Shown: in pieces, positions 60,590-64,000 of the stretch
How the letters are laid out: each line of letters begins with the position of its first letter
Position numbering within the stretch: position 1 is the first letter of the stretch
Assembly: GCF_000143415.4 (NCBI RefSeq)
Contig: NW_003314296.1
Coordinates: 372,001 to 436,000 of the forward strand
Reading direction: 5' to 3'
Origin: Selaginella moellendorffii
Taxonomy: Eukaryota > Plantae > Lycopodiophyta
DNA: 64,000 nucleotides
The notes under the pieces: model-generated
What the model was told of the DNA's origin: nothing
Database searches by the model: none
The model's input: the letters and a program-made list of their open reading frames with translations, nothing else
Position numbers and translations under genes: made by a program

Positions 60590-60990
60590 ATCCAGGGTTT
60601 AGATGGAAGTGTACTTGATCCTTTCATCCTATACATGCTCTCTCCCTTGAGAGCCTCCATCTCCAGCAAGTAGCACAGTATGTTGTTCACGTTGTCCCAA
60701 AAGATGCTACACGCCTCCATCACCTGGAAGTGGCTAAATCCCATGGACAGAAGGATGTGGTGGTCCTCCTCGGCAAGTTACTTTGCTCGAGATGCCTCCA
60801 TCACCATCCTTTTGATCTCTTGCTCAGTCAGTTCCAAGTCGGAGTAGAACCAGCCTTCGGCCAAAAGAGCCTGTAAAACATAGGTAACTGTTAGATCACA
60901 AGACAGAAGTTGAACATCCCGCATGTTTTCAATCTGTTGGTCCTGTTGTGTGCAGATAGCAGCCTTCACCTAATCTTGTCAACATTGTTC
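60590..60990 (-). pseudogene. OTLD1: Further captured OTLD1 3' exon set within the duplicated block
   Basis: KAAICTQQDQQIEN, retained intron, ALLAEGWFYSDLELTEQEIKRMVMEASRAK, MGFSHFQVMEACSIFWDNVNNILCYLLE. Confidence 0.8.
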
Positions 60991-61679
60991 TATATTAGAT
61001 CCGAGTCAGTGAAACAGTCCATCACTTCCAACTACACCTGATGCTGCGTGAGCAGCACCACAAGCAAGGGTGCACCAGCAATGAAGAGCTGTGCTATATT
61101 TCTACTGCCACAGCTTCCATTGCCATGATCAATTGAAACTTCATGCTTGCACATCTGGATGTATGGAATCAAGAGGCTCAAATCATTTCAAGCTCCTAGT
61201 GATAGATTGCACAAAATTGCCTTTTTACCATGGCTCCTCCTCTCCCTTTGCAGCCGTGAAGCTTCCACCAGCAAATGATGGCCACTGCAGACCCCAGCGC
61301 CAGAGTTGGAGGCCCAGGAGCTTACTGGAAAATTGGCCACTTCTGGAGTAGCCTGCCCATTCATCAATCTAGGATGTGAGCTCTCTTGCAGCATGTTCTG
61401 CTTGCTGTGAAGAATGATTTGTGGCTTGGAGCAATATTGACCAATTGAGCCACATAGAGCTGTCTAGTCTAGATAGAGGAATTCTTGTGTGCTTGGGAGT
61501 ATACCAGCGCTCTGGCAACAGGTTTGCATGAACTGTGAACATCCCCGGATTTTCCATAAGGTGGCCGAATCATTTAATCTCTTTGTCTTTAGGGCACTTT
61601 TCACAGGATCTTCCCTCCAAGCATGTAGTGGGGGTTGTAGTGAGGTCACATTCATGGTGCATGGTGATCCATGTGATAA

Positions 61680-64000
61680 TGTCATGAATGTGACTTTGTG
61701 TATTGAAAGATACTTGTCAGCCAGTCTTTATAAACACTCTTTCCTTACTGCCATAACGGCAAGAAGTTAATATTGTTGATTCCCTTTATTAGCCCCTTTT
61801 GTCCAAGTGTTATCTTTGTGTATGCAATGAGATTAGTTGCCCAATCTCATTGTATAGTACTCGCTGAGACGTATCTTCTGATAACAAATGTAACCCATGT
61901 GGTTTTTACCCTTTATCCTATGGTGATTTACCATAGAATAACACCACTAAGCAGAACCTAAACCCTCTTTGTGCCACATGACAGATGCCACGTGTCACAT
62001 GCCATGTGTCCAAAGGACAGTGGTGTGGAACCCGGGGTTCAGGGCCTTGGGCCACTGAACGAAGGAACGATGCCAAACTCCCAAGCATGGAGCCAAGGAG
62101 TGACAGAACCGTACCACGAAGGAAGTCACGAGCATACAGCCCAAGGAGTGAAGGGACAGGAGCCCGAAGCGACTTGGAATAGTCTTAGAGCAACTAACAT
62201 TCCATTGCTTGGACCAGCACGCAAAACAGACCCAAATGAAGTCTGGCACTATTTCGGCATGCTGGTGGCCTAACGCAAGGACATGGGTACTCCACCAACT
62301 AGCATGGAATGGAACTTGGGTTTAGACCCAAGCCGGATGCAGAACAAGGACAGGCACGCAAACGGAAACTAAACTATGCCTCAGGTTGGTCGGCCATGCC
62401 CGACCTACTTAGCTTGCATGCCTGTCCTTGTTCTGCGTCCGGCTTGTAGAATGTTTCATGTTTATCCTAAAGATTAACTCTTAGTACTAAGGGAGGCTTG
62501 GGGTGAAAGCCCAAAGCATGTGTTCCTTAAAGGGGGGGGAGTGGGTATAGGGGGTGCCAAATGTATAATAGAGATAGTGGTTGGAATGTATGTTTGACCA
62601 CTTAAGACATTAATTTAGCTCCTGTTAAACTGTATCATTCTTTGTTCTGTATCCAACTTGGTTCTAAGTTCAAGCTCCACTCTGCTTTAGTCGGTAGGGT
62701 ACCCTCTTCTTCCTGTTAGGCCACTGGTATACCAAAATCATGCTAGACACTATCTGACACCATTTAGCATGCAAATATTAGATATAGGGAGTTAGTGCTC
62801 GTGGGATTGTGAGTGTACTAGACTCTTGTTTTGTAGAGAAATAGACTTAGAGTTTGGCTCTAAATTTAGGTGTGCTATATTTGGTATCAAAGGAATTATC
62901 TCAGTGATTCCTATCCAACTTTTGTCAGATTTTCTGACTCAAGTTGCATACATAGAGACTTTTCTAGTAGATCCAAAACAACCTATGTAGGATTAGTTAG
63001 ATTGCACCAGTTGGTAAGAACATTGTATGCATGTGCAATTATTGATAAACGCATACATACAACTAGTGAGATGGTGAAAAGGAACAATGTTGGTGATATT
63101 GAAACCTCTAGGTGGGCAAATTGAGAAAAGGAAACTCTAGCTAGAGATGTTGTGGAAAAGGCTAAGGCTAAATTAAAGGAGGAAGAGCTTGATACTACAA
63201 TGTTGTAGTGTACGGCTTAAGAAGTTGAGTTGAAATTCACAAATTGGAGAAGGAGAACAAGGAGAGGAAAAAAGAAAATAAGGTAGCTAAATCAGCTAAA
63301 CGTAAACAACTGAACTCCTCTTTAAAGTTTTGAGCATGATGAAGTTTTGCAATCGCCTTCGATTGCACGAGTTTCAAAGCTCAAGCTTCCAAAACCACTT
63401 AATTTTAAAGGCATGTAAAACTATCAAGTCTTGGAAGATTGGGTCTACAATATGGGAAATTATTTCATAGCAGTAGTCTTGTATCCGTAAGGAATACTTG
63501 CCGAATGATCTTGGTCTAAGACTTCATGCGGAGGTATAATAGTTAAAGCAACGAGGGGACTTTATGTATTATATGAAGGCATTTGCTCAGAAGTGCATTA
63601 TAATTACAAATATGAGTAATGAAGATGCTCAAAGTTATTTTCTGGAAGGTTTAAATTCACTTTTTCACAATGAGATTTGAAGTTTAAACCAAAGACATAC
63701 CTAAAGTGTAAGGAGGTAGCACAGTAAGTTGCCTTTAGTCACTCACTCATGGAACAATATTAGCAACCATATACTGGTACCTCAGACAAGAATAAGAACT
63801 TTGAGAATAAACAAGGTGATCAGAAATAGAGGGTAGAAGGAAAATTCCACCCTAGAGGCTCACAAGCAACAGTTAACAAAGGTGGTGGTTGGCAACCACT
63901 AACAACTTCTTCTAATCCTAGGCCCTCTATTCCTCCTTCTAGTGGGTACAAGCAATAGAAACTTGCGAAATCTACTCCTAACAGAACAGGTAATATAAGT
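61680..64000 (+). mobile_element. 5' part of a Ty3/Gypsy element: about 1.2-kb LTR (61680-62879), Met-type PBS, decayed gag running off the window
   Basis: LTR starts TGTCA and ends GTGTGCTATA (CA changed to TA). PBS TGGTATCAAAG at 62882. Gag-like KLPKPLNFKG...LEDWVYNMGNYF and MSNEDAQSYFLEGL. Homologous LTR at 23465-24230. Confidence 0.85.

Larger units (their letters stand above)
51942..61036 (+). repeat. Dispersed direct duplication: 51942-54320 and 58902-61036
   Basis: Long colinear high-identity blocks with indels, seen in paired ORFs MGCCACHKFRICKLNSQLG (53056 and 60040) and MKTCSKS.ATHIIFVL (52699 and 59663). Confidence 0.93.

Overview
Land-plant nuclear DNA. Very short introns (about 45-100 bp), tight gene packing and PLS-class PPR genes point to the lycophyte Selaginella (inference, not verified). 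Two gene islands alternate with nested, decayed transposons. Island 1 (9.3-14.1 kb) holds a 3-methyladenine glycosylase, an HVA22-like gene and a PLS-E PPR gene. Island 2 (34.5-49.2 kb) holds TAF7 with a U12 AT-AC intron, a long PLS-E PPR gene, a rearranged U2 snRNA copy, ESV1, a signal-peptide EUL lectin with a frameshift, and an inverted pair of secreted EF-hand genes flanking pseudogene debris. Mobile DNA includes two copies of a Ty3/Gypsy family with a tRNA-Ala-like PBS (4.5-8.5 kb and 28.7-33.6 kb), a minus-strand Gypsy (15.1-20.0 kb) carrying a very young 674-bp TRIM inserted in its PBS, two related Met-PBS LTRs (23.5-24.2 kb and 61.7-62.9 kb), and two probable large Helitrons (about 14.4-28.6 kb and 49.3 kb onward) with decayed Rep/PIF1 coding. 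The second Helitron region contains captured fragments of the histone deubiquitinase OTLD1 and a 2OG-dioxygenase. The best leads are the TRIM with a tRNA-like Pol III box inserted in its host's PBS, the amplified OTLD1 exons, and the U2-like sequence with a changed branch-point recognition motif next to a tRNA-Phe-like B-box. All family calls come from recalled motifs; no searches were run.
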